Shown piece after piece: positions 1-11,200 of a DNA stretch of 64,000 bases. The notes beneath the pieces are model-generated. The model did not search any database, was not told where the DNA came from, and worked only from the letters and a program-made list of their open reading frames with translations. Positions within the stretch are counted from its first letter, which is position 1, and every line of letters begins with the position of its first letter. This DNA is from Thermodesulfobacteriota bacterium. GTDB taxonomy: Bacteria > Desulfobacterota_D > UBA1144 > Nemesobacterales > Nemesobacteraceae. Made by a program: the position numbers and the translations under genes. Location: contig OZ240231.1 of NCBI GenBank assembly GCA_965197885.1, positions 1,166,369 through 1,230,368 of the forward strand, written 5' to 3'.

Positions 1-1
1 G

Positions 2-583
2 ATGAGAGGGTTTTTTACGAGTGTTGACGATAATGGTGACACGGTCTGTAGCTTTGAAGACACTAACGTGTTTCTGGAAGGAGATGAGTCTACCGGAAAA
101 CTTGACGTCACGATGGTTGGTGGGAGTGGCCAGTTCGGTGCGGAATTCGGACATGTGGGAATAAAGCTCATTGATGATATGGGTGATAAGACTATTGTAA
201 CCGCTTACGCATCTCAATCTGATGACGACCAGGGAAACTATGTTCATCCTGGGTCATATTATCTCGCTTCAACAACCGATAGTGACATTGCCGGAGGAGA
301 AACAATATTCGCCGGTTACTGGGTCGGCCACCTTTATCGCTACGACAACCACGTGGTTTTATGTCCGTACGTGCTGGTACCAAGGAGCATGTCAGATAAA
401 GAAGACTGTGGCGGAATGACGACGACGGTAGATGGTGAAGAATCGACGACGAATGGAGAGGATCCAGCCATGGTCCACGCGGGGCTGCAAAAATATCTTA
501 CACAGGATGGCGGCAACGAACTGAGAGCATGTTACTCCGTTTTTGATAATGATGGCTTCGTCTCGCCCACGCAAGACGACTAA
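2..583 (+). CDS. hypothetical protein, C-terminal part (5' end lies outside the window)
   Basis: The frame is open from the window edge to TAA at 581-583. The sequence is Asp/Gly/Thr-rich with no recognisable family motif. A hairpin terminator follows. Confidence 0.4.
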   Translation: MRGFFTSVDDNGDTVCSFEDTNVFLEGDESTGKLDVTMVGGSGQFGAEFGHVGIKLIDDMGDKTIVTAYASQSDDDQGNYVHPGSYYLASTTDSDIAGGETIFAGYWVGHLYRYDNHVVLCPYVLVPRSMSDKEDCGGMTTTVDGEESTTNGEDPAMVHAGLQKYLTQDGGNELRACYSVFDNDGFVSPTQDD

Positions 584-627
584 GCAATCTGCTATGGTCG
601 AAATACCACGAAACGACTAGGTACAAA

Positions 628-680
628 AGAAGCGGGCATGAGGTTCAAACCAAAACCTTCATGCCCGCTTCTTTGTCTGC
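628..680 (+). terminator. rho-independent terminator hairpin, possibly bidirectional
   Basis: The stem AGAAGCGGGCATGAGG (628-643) pairs with CCTTCATGCCCGCTTCT (656-672) and is followed by a T-rich CTTTGTCT. The reverse complement is also followed by TTCTTTTGT. Confidence 0.5.
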
Positions 681-920
681 TGAACGATTTAAGCGAAAAT
701 CATTCGGGAGTTTAATGTACCGCGGATGTCTCGGGCAAAAACTCCGCGCAAGCGAATCCCGAAACCTTCCCGCTTTAAAGTCTTGGAAAGCGGCAAGGTC
801 ACGTGAGAAGGTAAGAGTTTAAATCTTCGTGTTTCCCCGAAAAGGTTTGGTTTAATCTTATCGGTCGCAAGAACCGGCAAAGGAAACTTTGAACGCAACA
901 TATTTGCGTGCCCCCGTTCT

Positions 921-949
921 TTGACAAAATCCTAGAAGAAACCTATTAT
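921..949 (+). promoter_or_regulatory. sigma-70-type promoter candidate for the epimerase gene
   Basis: TTGACA (921-926), a 17-nt spacer and TATTAT (944-949) lie about 25 nt upstream of GTG 975. An AAGGAGAA RBS sits at 963-970. Confidence 0.45.
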
Positions 950-974
950 TTCACCGCATCCAGAAGGAGAAAAA

Positions 975-1901
975 GTGAGAATAATAGTCACAGGCGGAGC
1001 GGGATTCATAGGCTCCTGGGTATGCGAAGCGTATATTTCCGAGGGGCATGAGGTTCTCGTGATAGACAACCTCTCTACGGGGTCTGAGGACAATATCCCG
1101 TCCGAAGCTGAATTCATTGAGTGCGACGTAAGGGGTTCAGCCGCACTCGAAAAGGCGTTTCGCCAGTTCCGCCCCGAAATCGTAAATCACCACGCGGCGC
1201 AGATAAACGTAAGAGATTCTGTTGAAGATCCTTCTCTTGACGCTGAAATAAACATAGGCGGTTCCCTTAACGTTCTAAGACTCTGCGCGGAACACAAAAC
1301 CGAGAAGTTTATCTTCTCATCCACCGGAGGAGCCCTTTACGGAGAACCGGAAAAACTTCCCGCAGACGAGTCAACCCCTGCCCTTCCCCTCTCCCCCTAC
1401 GGCATCTCGAAACTCGCCACGGAAAATTACGTAAGGTACCATTCGAAAAACCACGGTTTCGGACACGTGATCCTAAGATACGCAAACGTGTACGGAGAAA
1501 GGCAGAACCCCGAGGGAGAAGCCGGAGTGATAGGGATTTTCTGCGAGAACATACTCAGCGGAAAACCCTGCCTCATATTCGGAGACGGAGAACAGACAAG
1601 GGACTACGTACATGTCTCTGACGTCTCCCGGGCAAACCTGCTCGCCGCCAATCTAAAAGAAGAGGGAACATTCAACATAGGAACTTCGGTTGAAAGTTCC
1701 GTAAATGAAATAGCCAGCATACTCACTGAGGTAACAAAAACCGAATTCAGAATTGTCCATGAAAAACAGCGCCCGGGGGAGGTAAGAAGAATAAGTCTTG
1801 ACTGCTCACTGGCGGCGGAGAAGCTCGGATGGAGTGCGCAGGTAGCCTTGCGTGAGGGACTTCTTAGGACATGGAACTGGTTTTCGCAAGGAAAGAGTTA
1901 A
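975..1901 (+). CDS. NAD-dependent epimerase/dehydratase (UDP-glucose 4-epimerase family)
   Basis: The N-terminus carries the Rossmann motif TGGAGFIGS. The catalytic YxxxK motif appears as YGISK. Length is 308 aa, with a GTG start behind a GGAGAA RBS. Confidence 0.9.
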   Translation: MRIIVTGGAGFIGSWVCEAYISEGHEVLVIDNLSTGSEDNIPSEAEFIECDVRGSAALEKAFRQFRPEIVNHHAAQINVRDSVEDPSLDAEINIGGSLNVLRLCAEHKTEKFIFSSTGGALYGEPEKLPADESTPALPLSPYGISKLATENYVRYHSKNHGFGHVILRYANVYGERQNPEGEAGVIGIFCENILSGKPCLIFGDGEQTRDYVHVSDVSRANLLAANLKEEGTFNIGTSVESSVNEIASILTEVTKTEFRIVHEKQRPGEVRRISLDCSLAAEKLGWSAQVALREGLLRTWNWFSQGKS

Positions 1902-1975
1902 GAGCCGACGAAAGCTTTTTGTCTTTGAAAAAACCTCGCCCGTGGTTACAATCTTCCCTTCACGGAGGCTGGAAA

Positions 1976-2146
1976 ATGAAGGATAATGAAAAATTCTTTG
2001 ATGTGCGAATTTATAAAAGATATGTAAAGGAAGGGGAAATCACCCTTAAGGATTATGAAAAACACGTAAAATCCCTGCCTGACGTAAGTGACAAGGCAAC
2101 GTTCCTTATAATAGACGAAGAAGAAACAGGAGAGCAAGAAGAATAA
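1976..2146 (+). CDS. small hypothetical protein (56 aa, acidic C-terminus)
   Basis: ATG 1976 is preceded by GGAGG (1964-1968). The stop overlaps the next start (TAATG), which suggests translational coupling. No known domain was recognised. Confidence 0.5.
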   Translation: MKDNEKFFDVRIYKRYVKEGEITLKDYEKHVKSLPDVSDKATFLIIDEEETGEQEE

Positions 2147-2358
2147 TGGAACGCTGGCAATACAAGGTAGTCTCGACCGACGTGCTTGTTAAAAGGCCTC
2201 AGGACCATGATATAGCCGTCTACAAGGAAGAAGCTGATTCGAGAAGGGAGGGTGCCAGGGGAAGTCTTGAAGATTCCCTCGTTTCGCTTGGCACGGAAGG
2301 CTGGGAACTTGCCACCATTACGGGTGAATTCGCCATATTTAAAAAAAGAGTCGGCTGA
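2146..2358 (+). CDS. DUF4177-like small protein
   Basis: This 70-aa protein has an N-terminal W-x-YKVV and a C-terminal LG-x-EGWEL pattern, both typical of DUF4177. The assignment is by remembered pattern only. Confidence 0.55.
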   Translation: MERWQYKVVSTDVLVKRPQDHDIAVYKEEADSRREGARGSLEDSLVSLGTEGWELATITGEFAIFKKRVG

Positions 2359-2361
2359 ACG

Positions 2362-3894
2362 TCACTGCCACTCTATGGTGCCGGGAGGCTTTGTGGATAT
2401 ATCGTACACTACCCGGTTTATCCCCTTTACCTCGTTTATGATCCTCACCGAAATTCTCCCTAACAGATCATAGGACATCTTCGACCAGTCGGCGGTCATT
2501 CCGTCCGTACTGCTCACGGCTCTCAGCGCGCAGACGTTTTCATAGGTGCGCTCATCGCCCATTACCCCCACCGTCTTTACGGGGATAAAAACACAAAAAG
2601 CCTGCCATATCTCATCATAGGCGCCGGATTTTTTAAGCTCATCGATAAAAATACTGTCGGCGTGTCTAAGTATGGAAAGTCTCTCGCGCGTGACCTCTCC
2701 CATTATCCTGATAGCAAGACCGGGACCGGGAAAAGGGTGACGTCCTATGAGGAATGAAGGAAGCCCGAGTTTCTCGCCAACGCTTCTAACCTCGTCTTTG
2801 AAAAGTTCCCGGAGAGGTTCGACTATCTCAAGATTCATTTTTTCCGGAAGTCCTCCAACGTTGTGGTGGGACTTTATCACGGCCGATGGGCCCTTGACGC
2901 TCACGCTCTCAATCACGTCGGGATAGAGGGTTCCCTGGGCAAGGAAACGGACGCCGGATATCTTCTCAGCCTCTTCCTCAAAAACCCTTACGAACTGCTC
3001 GCCCATAATCTTTCTTTTCGTTTCGGGGTCCTCAACGCCCTCAAGACAAGAGAGAAACCTCTCAGAGGCATCCACGTGAATGAAGTTCATCTCAAACTCG
3101 GAAAAAGCGTCTCGGACCTCCTGCGCCTCATCAAGCCTCATGCACCCCGTATCGACGAAAATACAGTAGAGCCTGCGGCCCACCGCTTCGTTGATAAGAG
3201 CCGCTGTGACCGAGGAATCCACTCCTCCCGAGAGCCCGCATATGATTTTGCCGTCCCCGACTATTTCTCTTATTCTGTGTATCGAGTGCTCTATGAAAGA
3301 GCCCGCCGTCCAGTTTCCACCGAGACCCGCCACTTGGAAAAGGAAATTGGAAAGTATCTTGGCTCCAAATTCCGTATGCGCAACTTCGGGGTGAAACTGT
3401 ACCCCGTAGATGTTTCCGTCCGCGTTTCTTACTGCCGCGCACTCCGTGTTCTCGGTATCGGCTATCGCCGCAAACCCCTCGGGCACTCTCAAAACCCTGT
3501 CGCCGTGAGACATCCAGACGCCTGAGGTCTGCGCTACACCGGAGAAAAACGGGTCTTCTGCTCTCACGTTCAAAACGGCCGGGCCGTACTCCCTTTTCTC
3601 GGAACGTTCGACTTCCCCTCCGAGCTGGAAAACCAGCACCTGAAGCCCGTAACATATGCCCAGAACGGGAATTCCCAAAGACAGTATTTCTCCATCTAAT
3701 CTGGGAGAAGTTTCCTCCCAGACGCTTGAGGGCCCTCCGGAAAGTATTATCGCCCCCGGTGGGTCTTTCCTTATTTCGTCCGCGGTAGTGTTGTAGGGTT
3801 TTATCTCGGAATAGACCCCGAGTTCCCTCGTACGCCTGGCGATCAGCTGCGTATATTGGGAACCGAAATCAAGAACCAGAACTTTTTCCCGCAT
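2362..3894 (-). CDS. guaA: GMP synthase (glutamine-hydrolysing)
   Basis: An N-terminal class-I amidotransferase domain (GICYGLQ, HPEV) is followed by the ATP-pyrophosphatase P-loop SGGVDSS. The C-terminus ends PPGTIEWQ. I chose ATG at 3894 ([14 protein letters not shown]) rather than the upstream TTG at 3930. Confidence 0.97.
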   Translation of the reverse strand: MREKVLVLDFGSQYTQLIARRTRELGVYSEIKPYNTTADEIRKDPPGAIILSGGPSSVWEETSPRLDGEILSLGIPVLGICYGLQVLVFQLGGEVERSEKREYGPAVLNVRAEDPFFSGVAQTSGVWMSHGDRVLRVPEGFAAIADTENTECAAVRNADGNIYGVQFHPEVAHTEFGAKILSNFLFQVAGLGGNWTAGSFIEHSIHRIREIVGDGKIICGLSGGVDSSVTAALINEAVGRRLYCIFVDTGCMRLDEAQEVRDAFSEFEMNFIHVDASERFLSCLEGVEDPETKRKIMGEQFVRVFEEEAEKISGVRFLAQGTLYPDVIESVSVKGPSAVIKSHHNVGGLPEKMNLEIVEPLRELFKDEVRSVGEKLGLPSFLIGRHPFPGPGLAIRIMGEVTRERLSILRHADSIFIDELKKSGAYDEIWQAFCVFIPVKTVGVMGDERTYENVCALRAVSSTDGMTADWSKMSYDLLGRISVRIINEVKGINRVVYDISTKPPGTIEWQ

Positions 3895-3990
3895 CTTACG
3901 GTTGCCTCCCTCGTTGCGGTAAAGTCCCAAAGATACAGAATGGTAAACCGCTCTTTCCGAGGCTGACTTTACGAGATAAGAAAACCGTTA

Positions 3991-5861
<1,871 letters not shown>

Positions 5862-5975
5862 TACTTAGCCACCGGATTATTTCTATAAAGGAGACATAGT
5901 TTACTAAAAACGGCTTAATAAAGCAATTTCAGTCCTTGAACCTCCCACCGAAGCAGCAACCGTGGGAGATTTACG

Positions 5976-6548
5976 CTAGCCCTCGGACATCACTTCGAAA
6001 TCTGTAATCTCGATTTCGTACTTAAGGCCCAAGATCTTGTTCACGGAAAGATAAAAAGTGTTGAAGAAAACGGTGTTGCCGGGCTTTATGTTGAAATTGG
6101 CCGATGCCTCCGTGCCGGTAAGCACCGAGAGGTCATCCCCGCCTTTTCTGCTCAGTTTTTGAAGAGGATCATCCGTATCGGCGTTTCTAAGGTCCCGCAG
6201 GGAAAGGGTGTTGCCGGAATAAAAGTCCTGAACGTAAACGGTCCGCCCCGATACTTGGAAACTGCTTCTGAGCTTTATGTAGCTGACGGGCACGTCGCTT
6301 TCGTTCATGATTTCCCCGCGAACGAAGAAAAGATAGCCTTTCTTGGTTGTTATCCAACGGGAGTCGGTGTTTCTCACAATCAGTTTACGGGAAATATCAT
6401 CGCTTTGCCAAAACCATCGCTCGGGATAAAGCCCGAGCTTAAAAGCCCCCAGGCCGAGCGCGAGAACAACCCCTATCAGGATAAATATCCGCGGGTGGTT
6501 TCTCTTTTTTACCTCGTCTATTCCGTAAAATATCTTTTCCGTATCCAT
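5976..6548 (-). CDS. membrane-anchored protein, DUF3426-like
   Basis: A single N-terminal TM segment (IFILIGVVLALGLGAF) is followed by a beta-rich domain with a VRGEIMNESDVPVSYIKL pattern reminiscent of DUF3426. The usual N-terminal zinc ribbon is absent. Confidence 0.5.
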   Translation of the reverse strand: MDTEKIFYGIDEVKKRNHPRIFILIGVVLALGLGAFKLGLYPERWFWQSDDISRKLIVRNTDSRWITTKKGYLFFVRGEIMNESDVPVSYIKLRSSFQVSGRTVYVQDFYSGNTLSLRDLRNADTDDPLQKLSRKGGDDLSVLTGTEASANFNIKPGNTVFFNTFYLSVNKILGLKYEIEITDFEVMSEG

Positions 6549-6806
6549 AAGTTAGGTCCCGGAAATAAAAAGCCTGCGAAAGGGCAAAGTGCCGCCTTCG
6601 GAGGCAGATTATAACCGTAATATCCGCTTTTCCCACAAACGGAACTGGCCTCGCGGAGCGCAAGCCGGAAAGTGCCCGTGGCCATTAACCGATTCATTTT
6701 ACAACACACATCCTTCAAGCTATAAATATTAAGGACAAAGAGCTTCAGGCTCTGCCCTGCGTACGGATTTAACCTCAGAAATAAGAACTTATCGGGAGAA
6801 AAAATC

Positions 6807-7634
6807 ATGAGCAGAACGCTTAAGAATCGAAAGACGAGTTTTTGGGTTTTTGTGTTTGCTTTAGGGATGATTTTCGGTGTTTCCGGCAATGCGGTTGCCC
6901 AAAGCGGCGGTTTTTACGTCGGCGCTTCGGCCGGGGTTGAGCGAGCGAGCATAGAACACGCGAAGACCGTTGACAGCACCGATGTTCCAGGCGATTTTCT
7001 GCAGAGCGGAAACGTTTACAATACAAGTGATTCCGCAAGCGAAACGGGTTTTGGAGGCGGACTGTTTGTCGGCTACCGCTTTAACCTAGATCCAAGCGGC
7101 ACCCTATATCTAGGCGCCGAGATTGACGGGCGGTTCCACGGCGGCACGACAAGCGGAATGCTTCCCGGAGACGGGCAGTCCGAGGGCAGAAACCAGTACG
7201 GAGAAGCTTGGCCCGATGAGTGGAGCGTTGAGAGGAAAAACAGCTACGGGGTAACGTTGATGCTCGGTGCAAGCCCCCCTTTTCTTGTTTCGCTTGTGGG
7301 TCCGGGAGTGAGCGTCTACGTGCTTGGCGGTCTTCGCCGCATGGACGCGGAGTTAACGGTTGATTCCAACGGCTGCTCAACTGGTCGCGAGCTTTGCGGT
7401 CCCGGAGATCTAACTTCAGGCACCAACTCCTACGACGAGACTTTCTACGGATGGACAGTCGGGGGAGGCCTTGAGAAGACGATCGGAGACAAGATAGGAA
7501 TCCGGGGCGAGATACGTCACACGCAGTACGGAAAAGAGGACCGGGAAGCTTTTCCGGATGACCCTGTCAAGGTTCCCATATCGCTTGACGGGAACGAAAC
7601 CAGCTTCTCGCTCGGCGCCGTTTTATACTTCTGA
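6807..7634 (+). CDS. outer-membrane beta-barrel protein (OmpA-like/porin family)
   Basis: The signal peptide ends AVAQ. The body has alternating Gly/aromatic beta-strand patterns. The C-terminus ends LGAVLYF, with the terminal Phe typical of OMPs. Confidence 0.8.
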   Translation: MSRTLKNRKTSFWVFVFALGMIFGVSGNAVAQSGGFYVGASAGVERASIEHAKTVDSTDVPGDFLQSGNVYNTSDSASETGFGGGLFVGYRFNLDPSGTLYLGAEIDGRFHGGTTSGMLPGDGQSEGRNQYGEAWPDEWSVERKNSYGVTLMLGASPPFLVSLVGPGVSVYVLGGLRRMDAELTVDSNGCSTGRELCGPGDLTSGTNSYDETFYGWTVGGGLEKTIGDKIGIRGEIRHTQYGKEDREAFPDDPVKVPISLDGNETSFSLGAVLYF

Positions 7635-7647
7635 GCCGTTTTTGGCC

Positions 7648-8505
7648 CTACCAGAACTTGCTGTAAAGAGTCTCGGCGTTATTCCAGAAGATATTCTCTT
7701 TTAATTCCTCGGAAATGTCCGCGCCCTCTATTTTCCAGTATTCAGAAGCGAAATCGCTCCACGGAATATCCGACCCGAACAGGAAACGGTCGGCTCCTAT
7801 GCCTCTTTCCTCGATCTCCTTGAGTATCCACGAGGACCCGAAGCCCACGGCCCATGAGGAATCGGTGTATACCTGATATCCGTCCTCAATCAGTTCGAAA
7901 AAGCGGGGGACGAACTTGATATGACCACTGACTCCGCCTCCCATGTGAACAACATGAATCTTGTTGCGCTTCCCGTACTCTTTTATCAGGGCAAGCGCGT
8001 TATCGATATCGGAACCTCCCCCGGGACTCGTATGAATATGAAGGGGCATATCGTGCTCGGCTCCGGCGTCAAGAATCATGTTCCAAAGTTCCGCGGACTC
8101 TTCGTCCCATTGCCCTGGGTCAAAAGTGCCGCCCAGAAGACACGTGGTTTTAAGGGCTATCAATCCTTTCTCACCGATGAGCTTAAGCGCTTCCTGGGTC
8201 CGTTCCTTGTCCTTTGGCAGGGCGGAAACCCATATCGCGCCCAGCAGCCGGTCATGAGACGTTTCCGCGCTTTCCGCCACAAGCGGGTTAAGTTCAAAGG
8301 GCTGGGCGGAATCGGGATACCCGTAATTTGACATCACAAGCGCCCTGTCAACCTTGTGCTTGTCCATCCCCTTTATATATTCCTCCGCGGTCTGGTAATC
8401 GGTTGTAGGCTTGACCGCTTCGGGCAAACCGTAATAGGCAAATCCCGGCACGGGACCGATATGACTGTGGTTATCAAATAACCGCTTTCTCCTGGTTATA
8501 TTCAT
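7648..8505 (-). CDS. amidohydrolase-family metal-dependent hydrolase (TIM barrel)
   Basis: An N-terminal HxH metal motif (DNHSHIG) is present, followed by later His (LHIHTS, HVVHMGG) and Asp (GSDIPW) ligand patterns typical of amidohydrolase_2. Confidence 0.8.
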   Translation of the reverse strand: MNITRRKRLFDNHSHIGPVPGFAYYGLPEAVKPTTDYQTAEEYIKGMDKHKVDRALVMSNYGYPDSAQPFELNPLVAESAETSHDRLLGAIWVSALPKDKERTQEALKLIGEKGLIALKTTCLLGGTFDPGQWDEESAELWNMILDAGAEHDMPLHIHTSPGGGSDIDNALALIKEYGKRNKIHVVHMGGGVSGHIKFVPRFFELIEDGYQVYTDSSWAVGFGSSWILKEIEERGIGADRFLFGSDIPWSDFASEYWKIEGADISEELKENIFWNNAETLYSKFW

Positions 8506-8589
8506 GAACGACCTCCTTGATCTTGAAAATTCTTATAAAAACACCCATAAAACATTGAGTTTTTACGGCATCCCGAAAGATCGTAAAAT

Positions 8590-8958
8590 TCAATGCGCCT
8601 GCATCTTTTCACCGACGCGCGCACGAAGGGATTTCTCGATGGAATCAGGTTTTTCCCCTTTTTCAAGCCTGTGGGCCACTTCACTGAAATCATCTCCGTA
8701 ATCCCGCCCGGAGCGGCGGCTTTCTTTTCTCATCGTTTTAGCCAGCGATTTGCTGTCGTTTTCAGGAACTTTCGCTGAATCTGTCTTCTTGGGTTCTGTG
8801 CGGGTTCTGATTAAGGAAGTCGAGGAGAGGACGCGCTTAAGGTCGCTTTGCCCGCATTCAGGACAGACCGCCTGCTCGTTTTCGGCTTCAGAAATAGTCA
8901 GAAAAAGTATCGAGACGATCTTTTTACAATCCCGACAATCGTATTCATAGATAGGCAT
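8590..8958 (-). CDS. FmdB-family zinc-ribbon protein
   Basis: The N-terminus reads MPIYEYDCRDCKK...CPECG. This is the CxxC-CxxC signature of the FmdB regulatory zinc-ribbon family. Confidence 0.8.
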   Translation of the reverse strand: MPIYEYDCRDCKKIVSILFLTISEAENEQAVCPECGQSDLKRVLSSTSLIRTRTEPKKTDSAKVPENDSKSLAKTMRKESRRSGRDYGDDFSEVAHRLEKGEKPDSIEKSLRARVGEKMQAH

Positions 8959-9081
8959 TCAAATATCCCTATAATGACCAAGTATAAAGGAAACGCGACA
9001 TTTCAGTCAAGCTAATCTTTAGCGGTTCCAAGGAACCGTCACGGCCGCTTTTTCCTTTTGCCGCAAGTCTCTTAAAAGCGG

Positions 9082-9110
9082 TTGACCTTGTCCACTAAAA
9101 TTGATAATGT
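9082..9110 (+). promoter_or_regulatory. sigma-70 promoter candidate (extended -10) upstream of the cluster
   Basis: TTGACC (9082-9087) and a 17-nt spacer are followed by TG-A-TAATGT (9102-9110). The element lies about 37 nt upstream of ATG 9147. Confidence 0.3.
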
Positions 9111-9146
9111 ATTAAATATAGTGGATATGATACCAGATTAAACCTT

Positions 9147-9605
9147 ATGGCGAAATTTGAGTTTAAAATCATTACAAGTGAAAAAGATCTCGAAACTTAT
9201 TACAAACTTCGTGAAGATATTTTCGTAAGGGAGCAGAAGATATTCTCCGGAACCGATATTGACGAATATGACAGGGCCGCGATACACATAGCGGCCATCG
9301 AAAAAACAGGCGCGAAAATGGTCGGGGGCGTGAGGTGCTACAACCTCGAGGGAAACACCTGGGTAGGAGGCCGTCTGAGCGCAGCGCCCGGTTACCGAAA
9401 CGGCACAGTCGGTCGCCATCTCGTCAAATTCGCGGTAGAAACCGTAAAAACAAGGGGATGTGAGCGGTTCATCGCGTACGTTCAGCCGCAGAACGTGAGG
9501 TTTTTTGAAAGACTCAACTGGAAACGCTCGGGGGAGCCGATCATCTACCAGGGAAGCCCCCATCAGTTGATGGAAGCCGAGCTCGGAGCAGGGGGGAAGG
9601 CGTGA
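9147..9605 (+). CDS. GNAT N-acetyltransferase, MSMEG_0567/Sll0786-type (nitrogen-starvation cluster)
   Basis: The 152-aa protein shows the pattern FVREQKIF..D.DEYD...GGVR...W.GGRL...FIAYVQPQNV.FFERLNW...G.PH..M. This matches my recollection of that GNAT family. Its stop overlaps the AIR-synthase-like gene start (GTGA). Confidence 0.7.
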   Translation: MAKFEFKIITSEKDLETYYKLREDIFVREQKIFSGTDIDEYDRAAIHIAAIEKTGAKMVGGVRCYNLEGNTWVGGRLSAAPGYRNGTVGRHLVKFAVETVKTRGCERFIAYVQPQNVRFFERLNWKRSGEPIIYQGSPHQLMEAELGAGGKA

Positions 9606-10609
9606 GTCGCAAAGTCACGGCAGGATTCATGAAAGAACTGGCCAAGTCCCTGCGCGGTTCTGCGAGACTCAGTGAAAAAACCAACATAAGGGACATCTGG
9701 AATTTCTTCCCCCAGTTCGCAAAGGTTGAAGGAAAACAGGTGCGCCTCGGCGATGACGCGGCGGCTATTGAACATGAAAGAGGCTACTTGCTAGCCGCGG
9801 CAGAAGGGGTATATCAGCCCCTTTTGAAATCAAACCCCTATCTTGCCGGAAAAACCTCGGTCTTAACGAACGTAAACGACATCTATTCAATGGGCGGAAG
9901 GCCTCTGGCGATTCTGGATGTGCTTTGCTCCGCAGACGCTGGCAAAACGGACGAGATACTCTCGGGCATATACGATAACGCCGAAAGATACAACGTCCCG
10001 GTAATCGGAGGCCACCTAAGCGGCGAAGCGAGCGAGTTGACCCTCGCCGTATTCATCCTAGGCAAAGCCAGGAAGCTTCTTTCGAGTTTTAATGCCAGAG
10101 AGGGCGATGACCTGGTTATGGTGGTCGGCGGCGAAGGCAGATTTTATTCCGGCTTTAATTTCTGGGATTCCTCAAGCGGCTTAACCAAAACGGATGCGCT
10201 CCGGCATCTAGAGATCCTGCCCGAACTGGCGGAAGAAGAACTTGCCGACGCAGCCAAGGACATCAGCATGGCTGGCACTATCGGTTCTGTTCTGATGCTC
10301 CTTGAGTGTTCACAAAAAGGCGCTGAGATTCACATTGACGACATTCCGGTGCCACGGGGCGTCGGGTTGACCGAGTGGCTAGTTACTTTTCCGAGTTACG
10401 GTTTCGTTCTTTCCCTGAGGACGGAGAGAACTTCGGCAGTCCGCAGGAAATGCAGGGATCACGGCCTTTTATGCGAGAAAATCGGAGAGATTCGCGTGGA
10501 GCGGAAAGTCTATTTCAAGAACAAAGACAATCACAAGGAGCTTTTCTGGGATCTTGGGCGGGGATATTACATGGAACCCCCCGAATCGAAGGAGGCGGCC
10601 AATGAATGA
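9602..10609 (+). CDS. AIR synthase-related (PurM/ThiL-fold) protein, sll0787-type
   Basis: A GDDAAAI motif is followed by TNVNDIYSMGG and GGHL, hallmarks of the PurM-like ATP-grasping superfamily. Length is 335 aa. It lies immediately downstream of the GNAT, as in Nit1C clusters. Confidence 0.75.
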   Translation: MSRKVTAGFMKELAKSLRGSARLSEKTNIRDIWNFFPQFAKVEGKQVRLGDDAAAIEHERGYLLAAAEGVYQPLLKSNPYLAGKTSVLTNVNDIYSMGGRPLAILDVLCSADAGKTDEILSGIYDNAERYNVPVIGGHLSGEASELTLAVFILGKARKLLSSFNAREGDDLVMVVGGEGRFYSGFNFWDSSSGLTKTDALRHLEILPELAEEELADAAKDISMAGTIGSVLMLLECSQKGAEIHIDDIPVPRGVGLTEWLVTFPSYGFVLSLRTERTSAVRRKCRDHGLLCEKIGEIRVERKVYFKNKDNHKELFWDLGRGYYMEPPESKEAANE

Positions 10610-11189
10610 GCAGAACAAGGAGATTGAACGTATAGTCGCGAGAGTTGGAGAAAAGATAAAAACTATCCGGATGGAAAAAGGGTGGTCCCTTAAAAACCTC
10701 TCGGACAGATCGGGTATATCCGCGGCCGCCATCCACAAGATTGAATCAAACGGAATTACTCCAACCATAACCACCATGATGAAAATTTCCGACGCGCTCG
10801 GGAAAAAAGTAAGCAATTTCGTCGAAGAGGAACCGGGAGACAAAGATGTTTGCCTGATAAATTCAAACGAGCGCAAACCCGTATTCACTTTTAAAAAAGG
10901 TCTGGACCTGCAGGGAATATCCGCCAAGCAGTACGGAGAGTTCATCATGACCGCCGCGTACGCCACGGTGGAAGTGGGCGCCTCAAGCGGCAAAAAAAGC
11001 ATGAGTCACCGAGGGGAAGAACTGGTTTACTGTCTGCAGGGAAAAATGAGATTCGAAGTAAACAAGAAAACTTATGATCTGCGGGCCGGAGACAGTATGC
11101 ATTTCAGAACCCATCTGGACCACAAATGGAAAAATATCGGAAAAGTTCCCGCGAAATTGCTATGGGTGCTTTCTATCGAGGCTTCCTAA
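10602..11189 (+). CDS. XRE-family HTH transcriptional regulator with C-terminal cupin domain
   Basis: ATG 10602 follows an AAGGAGG RBS. The N-terminal HTH_3 region reads IRMEKGWSLKNLSDRSGISAAAIHKIESN. The C-terminal cupin carries the GDSMHF...HKW pattern. It overlaps the upstream stop by 8 nt. Confidence 0.85.
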   Translation: MNEQNKEIERIVARVGEKIKTIRMEKGWSLKNLSDRSGISAAAIHKIESNGITPTITTMMKISDALGKKVSNFVEEEPGDKDVCLINSNERKPVFTFKKGLDLQGISAKQYGEFIMTAAYATVEVGASSGKKSMSHRGEELVYCLQGKMRFEVNKKTYDLRAGDSMHFRTHLDHKWKNIGKVPAKLLWVLSIEAS

Positions 11190-11200
11190 GGAGTTGTTCC

